Source of the DNA: Syncephalis fuscata S228
Lineage: Eukaryota; Fungi; Zoopagomycota
Reading direction: 5' to 3'
Length of the DNA: 64,000 nucleotides
Assembly: GCA_025786725.1 (NCBI GenBank)
Contig: JAHLTZ010000005.1
Span: forward strand, 806,001 to 870,000
Positions within the stretch are counted from its first letter, which is position 1, and each line of letters begins with the position of its first letter. Position numbers and translations under genes: made by a program. The notes under the pieces are model-generated. The model searched no databases and had not been told where the DNA came from. It saw only the letters and a program-made list of their open reading frames with translations. Below, piece after piece: positions 39,001 through 50,657 of this stretch.

Positions 39001-39294
39001 TCGGTGTATTAAATTTGATAAATATTAGGGGCATCCATTTGAACCGACCATCGCTGTTTCTGGTAAGTATAAATAACTTATGATAGTCAATGTTAATGAT
39101 AAATGGATTTAATTTATAATAGGTATTGATTCTACAATCAAGATATTCAAGCCCACTGCCACTATAGATGCTAAAGTAGCCAGATGGCTAACATGGATGA
39201 CATTATTCGGGCTAATGCAAATTCCAACGTTCGCTTATCAATGCATGCCAGTCTAGTACAAACTCTATTGATGGGACTTGTAGCAAGAATCTGA
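36061..39294 (+). CDS. WDTC1: WD40 plus TPR DDB1-CUL4-associated factor, WDTC1/Adipose-like, multi-exon
   Basis: GHSGCVNALSWS, SGSDD, GHRANIFSAKFMP, YLYDRRM (DxR), TPR YYRMRAIAYL...ALRDASRATSLN, YKGHCNVDTVKDVNF, SGSDDGNLFIWEK, SGIDSTIKIF. Confidence 0.85.
36278..36332 (+). other. GC-AG intron 1 in the WDTC1-like gene
   Basis: CTT AG|gcaagt...ttacttag|T TGG restores the conserved CVNALSWS. Confidence 0.8.
38774..38828 (+). other. GC-AG intron 2 in the WDTC1-like gene
   Basis: GTT GAT|gcaagt...caaatag|ACG GTA restores the conserved GHCNVDTVKDVNF. Confidence 0.8.
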
Positions 39295-40042
39295 ATCGAT
39301 AGCATTTGGTAGCAATAACAATTTGTTTTATAGATTTAGTACAATAATAAAATGCAATTATTAGTTTAATGTTTTGTAATTGTTACATTTATGGATATAA
39401 GGTCATCTATAATTGGTAATAAAATTACTTAATTTGATTGTACACATGTTTATTAAACTGACTATTGTTTAAAAGTAATTAATTAAAGCCATTGTGCTTT
39501 TTTACAATCTTTATTTACTCATTTCACCGCCTTTTTTTAATACTTTTAAATACAATCAAACACCCATTCATTACTATAGCATGTATAATATTGCATCTAA
39601 CATTAATTTATGTGTAATTATCAATACAATAAGGTGATTAATTAGTTATCTTTATTATTGCTTTAATATATATATTGTCATTATGATATTAATTGTTCAA
39701 ATGCCATTTACTTAGTCAAATTGGCTATAGGAAAAGTGGCTGTTTAATAAACAACTTTATAATAGTATATTAATCTTGATCTTACATCACAAATATGTCC
39801 AAAATACAATAGTAGAATATTGAAAGTAGAAGAGACCATTCAGATGCAATAATCCATGTTGTACATAGATGCAACAACAACAAATGCGGAATGATACGGA
39901 ATCACAATCATATGGCTTCTATTAATATTCGATTAATATTTATACTTCACTGGCGTTTATGTATTATTAATATAGCATTAGCTGTAGATTTATTATAAAG
40001 TTGTATTAAATACTTGATCGTATTCAACTTGCTAATACTTTA

Positions 40043-40588
40043 TTAAGTGCGAGGAAGACCAGGATTGCGAGCTTGCAAGAAGAATTGGCGACGGTTGTTG
40101 ACATCGCACTTCATATTGATGGTGTGTGTTTTGTAACTAATGTGCGAGTCAGACTCAAGGCAAGTCCATCTACCATTATTGTTAAGATCACTCTGCTTGG
40201 AAATAACTTTGTATTCTCCAGCACGGTATTTCTTATTGTTGTTGTCATGATGGAAGCGCCAGAGCTGTTTTGGGTTGTTGGCATTACACTCGGGCATGCG
40301 CACCGCCTTGTCACCCTCTTGAATACAGCGTTTGCTGATGACGTTACGTATTAAATAGTAGCCTCCAACCTTCTCAAGTGACCAAAGGCGTTCAAAAGCA
40401 AGTGGATCGTTGTAGTCACAGTTATCGAACCATGGATCGCCATTACCGCGTGTATTAAGACAGTAGCCATTATCAGCATTAACGATACGGAAAGTGTTAT
40501 CGCCAATATACTTTGAAGGAGGGGAAGCGTTAGCGACGGCGACCAATGCTGACAATGCAGCCACTGCAACGGTTGCTTTAGCCAACAT
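40043..40588 (-). CDS. Secreted ricin-B-type (beta-trefoil) lectin
   Basis: Intronless 181 aa with signal peptide. Three repeats of I.N..(N/S)..CL...C...(Q/R)x(W/F): RLW, QLW, QFF. Confidence 0.85.
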   Translation of the reverse strand: MLAKATVAVAALSALVAVANASPPSKYIGDNTFRIVNADNGYCLNTRGNGDPWFDNCDYNDPLAFERLWSLEKVGGYYLIRNVISKRCIQEGDKAVRMPECNANNPKQLWRFHHDNNNKKYRAGEYKVISKQSDLNNNGRWTCLESDSHISYKTHTINMKCDVNNRRQFFLQARNPGLPRT

Positions 40589-40838
40589 GTTGTAAGTATT
40601 AGAAATAATTGATGTTTTGTTGTCGAGGCCGTAACGAGTTGCGCGCGTGTGCGTATTTGTTGTAAATGAGAAGACGGTAACAGCGGTGGTAATAGGCTGA
40701 TATAAAAATAATTGATAGAGTTTAGCTATGGCGCACCAGGCAAATTGTGATCATAAGAAAGTATAATGTCGATGAAAGCCACTAGATTCTATGATGCTTT
40801 TAAATTATTTTGGGCCTGGCCAGCTCCGTGTTTTGTAA

Positions 40839-41357
40839 AGGCGTGCCATCCGCCTGTTTAAACACCTTTTTTCAGTATTCACTTAATTCTAAATCGAAGG
40901 CTGTAAGTTAGGCGAAAACAGTCGCGGAATAACTCTTCCTTTAAGAAAAGGCGACCCAGAACAACAAGGCGTAGATCACTAGTTAGACAGCACCAAAAAC
41001 ACCTGGACTTTATTATTAAAAATTTATGTTATTTGCAAAAGCTATGAATTCCATTAGTAGAATAAAGCAAGTATACATTATTTGACTCAATAACAAGTGG
41101 CTTATTTCTAAATTCAGCTATACTTTATTTTACTGCGCCTTTTCGCTGCAAGATTCTCGCCAATATCATAACGACTCCTATCGCCTTTTATGCGTCAAAA
41201 TATCTTGGTGATTACCGACTCTGTGGTAAACGAGTGAGCACAGGCGATTGACCCTTGTGTTGCTGCTAGTAACACTGGAATTCACCTATTTCTAATCTGT
41301 AGGCAAGTTTCAAAAAACTATACTAGTAGTGTCTCAAGCATTTGCATTTTACCGCCT
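40839..41357. promoter_or_regulatory. Cluster of nine AGGCG/CGCCT motifs upstream of the lectin gene
   Basis: Copies at 40839, 40851, 40910, 40949, 40967, 41136, 41182, 41242 and 41353. Confidence 0.55.
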
Positions 41358-41611
41358 GTTGTTCGCACTATATTTGTACTGTTGGAGAAAAGCAGAATAG
41401 TCTATCGATATGGCCTATTACTTGGCCGCATGAATTATATGCTTGACTTGCTATGATAGTATGTTTTTAATAAAACTATGTAGCTATTACTATATAAACA
41501 ACGCATAGCAGATGATACACATAAGTATGTGCTTCTTTTAATTTAGTTGAATATCACTGTTGATTATAGTTTTTATTATATAGTAAGACAGAACAACGGC
41601 AAAAATAAAGT

Positions 41612-43637
41612 TTACATTTCGTCAAAGCCATCCAATATATTACGATAAAGGGGTTTATGCCAAGAATGGGCGTATAGTTGAGATAATCGAAAGCTATTAA
41701 TAAACTGTGGAGAAGCATGGTTGTGATCAAGTAGAATTTTAAAGGTAGCCGATTGCTGCTGTTTGTGTAGTGCAGTAGCCAGGCGGGTTACACCAACATT
41801 GGTAATATGGTTATGCGTCAAGTCGATACAGTTTAACGGTAATCGATGCTTTTCTAAAGCGTGAACAAGTGTATCGATAAGCGTGTCATCAATGCGGGAG
41901 TTGGATATTTTTAATGTTTTAAGCGACTTTATACAAAATAGATTTGCAAATAAAGCCACTATAATATCAGTATTTCGTTGTGTAGTAAAATTAATATTTA
42001 GTTCTTGTAATCTAGGATGTTCTAGCAGTTCCAAAAGCGCAGGTATAGCATCAGCATCGCCCAAATATTGATAGATGAATGTAAACGAGGAGAGCAGTGG
42101 GAGTTGCCGAACTAGCGTCAGTATATTGGCAGCATTTGTGGCATCTGAGGAATAGCCTGCAATGCAAAGTGTCGATAGCATCTTGCCGGACATTAGTAGC
42201 TCCGTTAGACAGCCTGGAACACCGATAGTATCATTTGGCTCGGTAAAATACTGTACTGATAATGATTGTAATTTGCATGAATGTTGAAAACATTGTCTAA
42301 TCCAGTTTACAGGATCGTCAGTGTCAATAGTAACATTAATCAATTCAAGTTCAGATAATTTGCACTGTAGACTTTGCTGCAATAATGGCCTATAAAAACC
42401 GTTGATCAATACAGAGTCCAGAACAAGTTTTTTCAAATCACTAATATAGATTGCATTAACTAGCTGTTGAAATGGATTAAGTTTTGATGCGGTTTTGTGT
42501 GCGTTTTTGACCGAGTCTATATCTAATATGATATCTTGAAAGTTAATTAGCCCGACTCGCCAGCAATATTTTTGAGCAGAAATTTGTGCCCTGCGTTGCG
42601 AAAATCGACAGTTTACAAAAGTAAGATCGATCGGTGTGAGTGAAGAGTCGGGTGATGCTGATGCAGCAAAGTCGTCTACGACGATATCACAGCAGGACCA
42701 GCAAAGTTCTTGTACACCATATTCTTGTGCCAGTTTGTAAACTTCTTGTAGCTGTATAAATTCAGGCCGACTACTGTGCATGTTGGATAAGTTGATTTTT
42801 TCTATGTTAACCATCCAGCGCAGCATTTCCATGGTCCATGTAAAATTGCCAAAGCCATGTAATTGCACTGAGCTCATTTTGCTAAAGATACATCGAAGTA
42901 GATGAAGTATCGGTGATGTCGTAGCATTGCCCAACACTGTATCTTTAGCACGAAATGCATTTTGTGGCGGTACAGCATCCCAGCGATTCCATTGAGACCA
43001 GAAAGCGCGGATTTTTGATTGATTCTGACTGCTATCTCCAGTAGCAATTTGTATATCGGAACTAATAGCGTCACGATTTAAAAAATAAAGTATCTCATAA
43101 ATATGACCCATGACTTTCTCATTGGGTAAAACTGTTTCGGTCGCAAGTTGCAGAGATGGTAAAATTTCGCAACTATACTGCCGCATAATCAACCAGATTC
43201 TCTCAACGTTTTGCACCAATTTACGCTTTTTCCACCAATAGCTCAATTGTGCATATAAATCACACCTTGCTCTGACGTATAAGATGCTGGTTTATCCTTT
43301 TCATCTGCTATATAGCTATGACCATTTTCTATGTTTGTCGACTGTCCTGCTTTTAACATATCCATCAGCACAATCATTTGCAAAGCACTAAGATTTTTCA
43401 GTATCATATCAAATAAATGAAGGGGCAATTGCTGCAGCTTATTCAGCAATAGCCGTGGTGGCAACCTATACCAAACACAAGCACATAAAGTCGATAAACT
43501 TGGTATTTTGGTCAAGAATACTATTTTTCTATGTACATCTGTTATTCAAATTATAACGTTTTAATAGTATATAGGTACCTTTGTTTGGACTCGACCGTAC
43601 TCTCAGCTTGCTCAGCAGCTCGTTTGCTTAGAGACAT
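41612..43637 (-). CDS. RNI-like leucine-rich repeat protein with N-terminal BC-box-like motif (LRRC41/Rad7-like architecture)
   Basis: Exon 1 MSLSKRAA... splices to KIPSLSTLCACV...LPLHLFDMILKNLSALQM. C-terminal LRRs LKTLKISNSRID, LNCIDLTHNHITNVG, ILLDHN. One frameshift near 43250. Confidence 0.75.
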
Positions 43638-44157
43638 GTTGTCATATGCACAAATGTATTTTTACAAAGTAGTTATGAAAAGAAAAAATATCTAACAAAA
43701 ATATATTGTCGCAATGATTGGGCTAGATAAGGATGAAATAATAGTAAAACGAAAACCAATGCTTAATTAAGAGATAGAAAGTCATGTGTTTATTTATATT
43801 GAGCGCATGCTACTCGTGTACCACGAATGTAAAGGTGACGTATGCCCTTAAAATCTGTGGCCAATGGTTAGATATACGAATATGTATTGCTGCCAATCAA
43901 GTATGATGCCCAATTTTACAGCTAAATAAAAGACTGTACTAATGATACATGTGTAGAATAGATTGTTTTTAATTTAGCAATTACTGTATAAGCTATTGCA
44001 GATTAATAACAAAAGTATATGTTAAGGCGTGCTTTATTTCAATTCGTAGAGATTATTGTTCGTCTGTTTACAGCACATGTAAATTGTAGTAGTAGCACAT
44101 CTAACTAGCTCAAATACATCCAATTGACTATGTCTATTTATTTCCTGTAAATGGGAT

Positions 44158-45296
44158 TTAAATGCTCAAAAAACTCGTTTGTTGACTCAAAGCACCCCTT
44201 ACATTAAACAGTAAACCACTGGTATAATGTTCTAGCGCTTTGTTGAGTTCATCGCCTTGAAAACCAGCTATAGTAAGCACATGCTTAAAATAAGATTTTA
44301 TATTCTTATCATAATTTTGAATAACAAAACTTTTGGCTTCTTCGTCAGCTCCGTTATTTATACTATACGTGTCTTCAATACATCTGATGATGGCTTGATA
44401 TTTATTATCAAACTTTACACCTAACAAACTATTAGAACACTAATAAATATGTTATGTCTATAAACGTACAGCTATCTTGAAGTTTATAGTACCATCCCAA
44501 TTTTTTTGCAAATAAAACGCCTAATTTATAGATGTGTTAGCTCTATCTATAAGTATATTTGAAACCTGTACCGTTTCTTATTCGATTAAGCAAAGTATCA
44601 ACAACTCCCAAGTTATTTAGAGTTAATTCGTAGAATTCATATAAAGGTGGCTGATTTTTATCACCCATGGATGGAGTCATGTAACAAACATGCGTTGGAG
44701 CAAATCTCTCGATAAGGTTAAAATCAACAGTACGAAAAATCGACTTGTCTTGCTGTCTCATGTATTGCGCATATAGATCCTGCCATAAGCTTGTGTTAAT
44801 AATAATAATGCTATATTTGTAGTTGTATAATTACCTGATAAAGCAAGAATTTCCTATCCACATTTATCCAATTTGATTGTTTTTCAACCGTGCGTATGGC
44901 TTTGTCTGCAGGACCGCATAGAAGGTCAACGGCTTGATCTTTTTTCGTGGCTGGATCAAAAAAGTATCCGAAAGCACTGGAAACTTGGTTATTACTAGCA
45001 GTGCTTTTTTTGTAAATTTTTAAATTTTTATCTTTAAATACGCCTTCTTTTCCCATTGGATGCCCATAGAAATCTATTAAATACAGCACCATTAGCTTAA
45101 ACCTTACTCAAAAATAATATGACTTACATTCCTGCTCTTCAACTTGCGTAGATTTACGAAACGGTATAGCTTTTAGAATATTATCCTTAATGCCGGACGA
45201 AGATATTGCTTGTACTTCAGTAATATCCTGGATACTCGACACGAGCAACAATGCAGTAGCAAAAGTAGTAATCGTAAATGTGTTATGGAAAATCAT
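44158..45296 (-). CDS. Secreted hypothetical protein, 5 exons, possibly a degenerate kinase-like fold
   Basis: Signal peptide MIFHNTFTITTFATALLLVSSIQ. Four GT-AG introns link the small ORFs. Confidence 0.7.
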
Positions 45297-46370
45297 TATG
45301 ATAGTCTCTAGGCTGTTTTTAAAATAAAAAACTTGCTTTAAAAATTGTTCGTAAACGAGTACTGAATATAGTGTAGTTTTAACGATAACGTTAGACGGAA
45401 GTGAAGGATAGATAATAGTAGAAAACTGCTCAAATTCGCACTCCATTTTTATAGCAAAAATTTATATTACAAAACGCCCTAGCTACGTTTATGTATCTGG
45501 CGTGACAGCCATATACTAAATTTAGTATAAACAATCATCTGATTAAAACGACAATTGATCCAATGAGGCAACTCCCATGAAAACATAATAATAATATAGA
45601 AAAACGCAAATGCTGGATTTAAAATGCGCTGTTTTGTGTCTAAACCATCGTCACCATACTTGGTATACATTTTTTTACATTAATTACATGTCAAAATAAT
45701 TATGAGTATAAAGGAAGATTGAAACATATAATAAATGATTTACAGCATTTTAATTGTGTTAAAAATATCCAGTGCTTGAATATGAGATTTAACACTGTCG
45801 ATACAAAGTAGAAAATATTTGACCATGGCCTGTTATTATTGATTTGTAGCGTATATGGAAACGCAGTTTGGATAATCTGAATTTCAATATGAGCTAGGAA
45901 ATAGTTTTAGAAGCAATTTAGTTGAGCAAGGCAAATGGTATATCCAAACGAAGTACTAAATTTGTTTATGACCCGATCCAAATTACACACTCAGTTTGGT
46001 ATTATGACATATTTTTTGTATATTTTAAATTGTTGTAACATTGTGAATAACGCAAATCATGAATAAATAAAATTTATTGTTATAATATATTATTGCTTAT
46101 ATAATAATGAGCTACTTTCACACGTAGTAGTCTTACCAGTAGATGGAGAGAGGGAGCGTAACAATAACCGGCAGCTGTAACCTATGTTTACAATATCGCT
46201 GATCATTATAATTAATACAATGCTGTGTAGCAATTACATTGACCATCGCAACAAGGAGGTGTAACTATTCCGTTCGTTACACTAGATATGTATAATAATA
46301 AATTATAATTCAAGCTGCCAGCAAATACAATATTAATATTCAATAGTACATTTTGTTTATTTTTTAACTA

Positions 46371-47044
46371 TTATAGCATTATTAAGCAACATATTATTTG
46401 ATGGTGGCTAGTATAAAGCTGTGTGCTTCTGACATATGATACTTGTGCCAAATGGTGCTATCGTCAGTACTCCAGGTGGACGCATAGTTTCTTTATTAGC
46501 TGCTCTCTCGATTAACAACTTTTAACTTTTACATTTTCAGTTTACTTTTTATATATTTTCTAATGCAACAGTATCAAACAACAGATAACCACACTAAATG
46601 TACACTATGAATCACATATGGACAACAATCAACTAAATGTAGGTGCTTTGTATCTACTAAGCAATACTAACAAATATCTGTTACAGTTATTCGACCATTG
46701 GTACCAGTCGACAAGTATATCCAGATTATATTTGTCATTATGCACCATTATTTTGCATGTATATTACATACCAACTATTGTCTTCATTGGCACAAGTATC
46801 AACAGCAGCATTATATATTGTTGTTGATGCCATCACTTGACATGGTTTTCCAAATAAAGGGAAATATGTCCATTTGGTTTTTATCCAGTCAAGTGCTGAT
46901 TGGTATTGTTACTGCATACTTGTTAAGCGTGTTGATTAAATAAATAAAGTGACAGTGGTGGCAAAGAGAGCGTTATATATACTGAACTGAAATGATTTTA
47001 ATAGTCTGTATGAAAGTGTTTATTAAAACGACATAATACTACAA
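46371..47044. mobile_element. ~675-bp dispersed repeat, copy 2 (inverted relative to copy 1)
   Basis: Reverse complement of 5771-6447. Ends TTATAGCATTAT / ATAATACTACAA form an imperfect TIR. Confidence 0.7.
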
Positions 47045-47263
47045 TAATAAATCTATCACTATTGATATATTTACTTATTATATTTATTTGGTCAAGATGC
47101 CACCAATGTTTAAACAGCTTATTAACATTTTAATGTAATTTGATGGTCAAATGGCTACATTTAATAACATTCAACCTATTAAACATGGGGCTGTGTAGCG
47201 AATGACACCAGTGATCAAATACTCATCATTGTAGATTTATTATTCGGTATACATGTATCCTCT

Positions 47264-47330
47264 ATCCATCCATCCGTGCATCCATCCATTTGTTTATTTG
47301 TTTATTCATCCATCCGTCAGTTCATCCATT
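47264..47330. repeat. Compound CATC / TTTG-TTTA microsatellite
   Basis: atccatccatccgtgcatccatccatttgtttatttgtttattcatccatcc read directly. Confidence 0.7.
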
Positions 47331-47870
47331 TAATATACTAATTGATCGATCGGCAATGCAGTAATGAAATGTTATGTATTGCATTTAATTCCACAATGTC
47401 AATCAGTCTAACCACATATTAATATTCATAGTACTGCTAATGTATAATTGTAATCAATAAATTCATTATTACTGTCTCAGTGTTTTAATCAACTGCGCCA
47501 TTCACTTAATGTACAACACACTAAGTAACATTATTTAGTTACAACTAATAAATTACTGTATACCATTTTAATTCGTGGTTATTTATAAGCAAATATTAAT
47601 TGAGTTGCAAGAATAACAAAGTCTGCTATATAACAACAATCATTGAGTATATCTACATAATTCATTGCAAATAACAAAAGTGATTTATAGGCTAATAGGC
47701 ACTCGACTGGATACTATTTTTTGTTTTATTTTTAACGGGTGTTGGCGGACTTTGTCGGTTCCGATAGTATCGCTGTCGTTGTTTTTGACATAAAAGATTG
47801 CTAAAGGCTACTCTTTCACGCTAGACGTTTCCTATTTGCTACGAATCACTCTAGTAGTCTCGTCAACAGC

Positions 47871-49696
47871 ATGCTTTCCCTTAAAGTTTGCGCAAATGCT
47901 GCACAGACAGCCGGTCGACAGGCTGCTCGTCGTGCCTTGACCTCAAGTGCACGCAGCCCTGGTAGGTTACAGATAATGGCTATAGAACAGCGCGTAATTA
48001 TTAATCGATCATAACCAATATAATTAATATAACTGATATAGCTGTCCGTTCAATTGCACGCACTGCCATCAGCAACTCTGCCCGTACAGTAAGTAGCGTA
48101 TTGGATCAGTATAGAGCAGCTAGTCTAAATACTAAATGTGATTATAGACTATGGCCCGAGTAGCTATGGCACCACGTCTATCGCCAATGTCATTTGCACT
48201 CCGTAGCACGCAAGGTAAATGATAATTAATTGTTTATTGTATTAGATAAATTACAAAAAGTGCATGTTAATATTAATACAATTTATTTTGTATATTTTTG
48301 TATGAATCAGTGTTTACGCGTGGTATGGCCTCAGAAACCGGCAAATTTGATCGCTCCAAGCCTCACGTCAACATTGGTACAATTGGCCACGTCGATCATG
48401 GCAAAACGACACTTACTGCAGCCATCACTAAAACTCTAGCCTCCCGAGGTATGGCACAGTTTCGTGGCTACGATGATATCGACAAAGCTCCAGAAGAAAG
48501 GGCACGCGGTATTACCATTAGTACAGCCCATGTCGAATACCAGACAGCTAGTCGGCATTATGCTCATGTTGACTGTCCTGGTCACGCCGATTACATTAAG
48601 AACATGATTACCGGTGCTGCCCAAGTAAGCGATAGTTGAATAACAAATAGTAGAATACTAACCAATGGATACTATATGTTTAGATGGATGGTGCCATTAT
48701 TGTTGTATCTGCTACCGATGGTCAAATGCCACAGACCCGTGAACATTTGTTGTTGGCCCGTCAAGTTGGTATTAAACATCTTGTGGTATTCATCAATAAG
48801 GTCGATGCTGTTGATGATCCAGAAATGCTTGAATTGGTAGAGATGGAAATGCGTGAATTGCTTAACGAGTACGGATTCAACGGCGATTCTGTCCCTGTCG
48901 TTATGGGCAGTGCTCTATGTGCACTTGAAGGCCGCAACAAGGAAATTGGCGAGGATAAGATTCTTGAATTGATGCAAATGGTAGATGAATCAATCCCAAC
49001 ACCTGAACGCGACCTCGACAAGCCATTCCTTATGCCAATTGAAGATGTGTTCTCTATTTCTGGTCGTGGTACCGTCGTTACAGGCCGTGTAGAACGCGGT
49101 ATTATCACCAAAGGCAGCGATATTGAGATTGTCGGATTTGGACCACCAATTAAGACCACACTTACAGGCATTGAAATGTTCCGTAAAGAATTGGACCAAG
49201 GCCAGGCCGGTGACAATATGGGTGCACTTTTACGTGGTATCAAACGTGAACAAATCCATCGTGGCCAGGTCATTTGTGTGCCAGGTACCGTTAAAGCGCA
49301 TACAAAGTTCCTAGCCCAATTCTATATTCTGTCAAAGGATGAAGGTGGTCGCCACACACCATTTGTGGACAATTATAAGCCACAGCTCTATATCCGCACC
49401 ACGGATGTTACCGCAACACTTCGCTTCCCATTGGCACCAGGCGAGGAGCCAGATCCCAGCCGAATGGTCATGCCAGGTGATAACGTGACGCTAGACTGTG
49501 AGCTAGGCTCAGAAATTGCTATGGAGGAAGGTATGCGCTTTACTATCCGGGAGGGTGGCAAGACTGTCGGTACTGGTAAGTTTAATACAATTATATGAAC
49601 ATATAGCATATACACATATTCATATATTACTTGATGGATTGTTACTTATACTATGGCGTCATGTTCGTAGGTGTCGTGACCGAGATTCTCAAGTAA
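47871..49696 (+). CDS. TUF1: Mitochondrial elongation factor Tu, 6 exons
   Basis: Arg/Ala/Ser-rich presequence over exons 1-4. [31 protein letters not shown], and end [15 protein letters not shown]. Confidence 0.98.
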
Positions 49697-50657
49697 ATCG
49701 ATGGACATATCCTGGTCTAGTATCTGCATAGACTTTTGCGTCACATGTACGCACGATTTATTATCAACGCGAATAAACAATAGGTCAAACTATTCATTTA
49801 TTAAAAGTAATAATAGAATCTATTTGGTTGGCATAGCCTTGTATTGCTTTACTCGCCTGCAATGTCTTTGTTTGAATCAATGCGTGTATATGCATGATAA
49901 TATGTTTGTGGCTATATGCATACAGCAGGTTACTAGTCATTAAGCGTCACTTCTAATTGGTACACGCCCATGCGGCACTTGCTTGCTGGTCATCCAGCAT
50001 TTACCATGTGGACGTGCATTTTCTACCCCGTGATGCTAAGGGCCAAGCAAAGAAAGACACTATACCTGAATTCTATTTGTTCCCTGGTGTTTTCATAGTA
50101 AAGCGCGTCCATAAGTCTATTATAAGTAGTTCTATGATGCATCAGATTAACAAGAACATAGCACAGTCATTTCTCTTTGTTAATAACTCATCAATTTATC
50201 TTGGTAGGTATACATATACAATAGGAGAGCTATAGCGTATTGAAATATGCGTATGTATGTGAATAGTCTGTATTAAAGTGATAACTATGAACGAGTACGT
50301 CATTGACTGTCTATTCAACTTTGTGTGACTGTGGTTCAAATTAATTAATAGTTAACAATGATCGGTTTAATAGCGTGTAACACTTTACTAACCATTTTAT
50401 ATTATTACTATTATTATGTTTTTGTATTGATTAGTTAGTGGTTTTTTCTTCAATTCTTTATTTTCTGTGTAGCCAAACTATTCTTCTATTGCACTCTTAT
50501 CCGCTGAATTTAAGCGTGCGTGCCAATCTAGCTTACATTTGTGGCCGTGTTATTCCTAACCTGTTCCGACGCTTTCAGAACACGACGCCGGCGTCATATT
50601 AGCTTAATATTACTGAATTGATATTATTGGTGATATACTATCGTTTACAGCGCCATT

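Noticed and set aside
46258-46284. Hairpin GTGTAAC...GTTACAC followed by CTAG as a Helitron 3' end
   Set aside because: CTAG overlaps the stem instead of lying ~10 nt downstream, and it is followed by A rather than T. No Rep/helicase remnant is visible.
48761-49615. Antisense ORFs over TUF1 (also over the tyrosinases, STR3, the lectin and PP4R1)
   Set aside because: Shadow frames of strongly codon-biased real genes, with no independent motifs.
50501-50515. CCGCTGAATTTAAGC resembles the 5' region of 28S rRNA
   Set aside because: Only 15 nt match and the flanks do not continue as rRNA (no ATATCAATAAGCGG). Probably chance.
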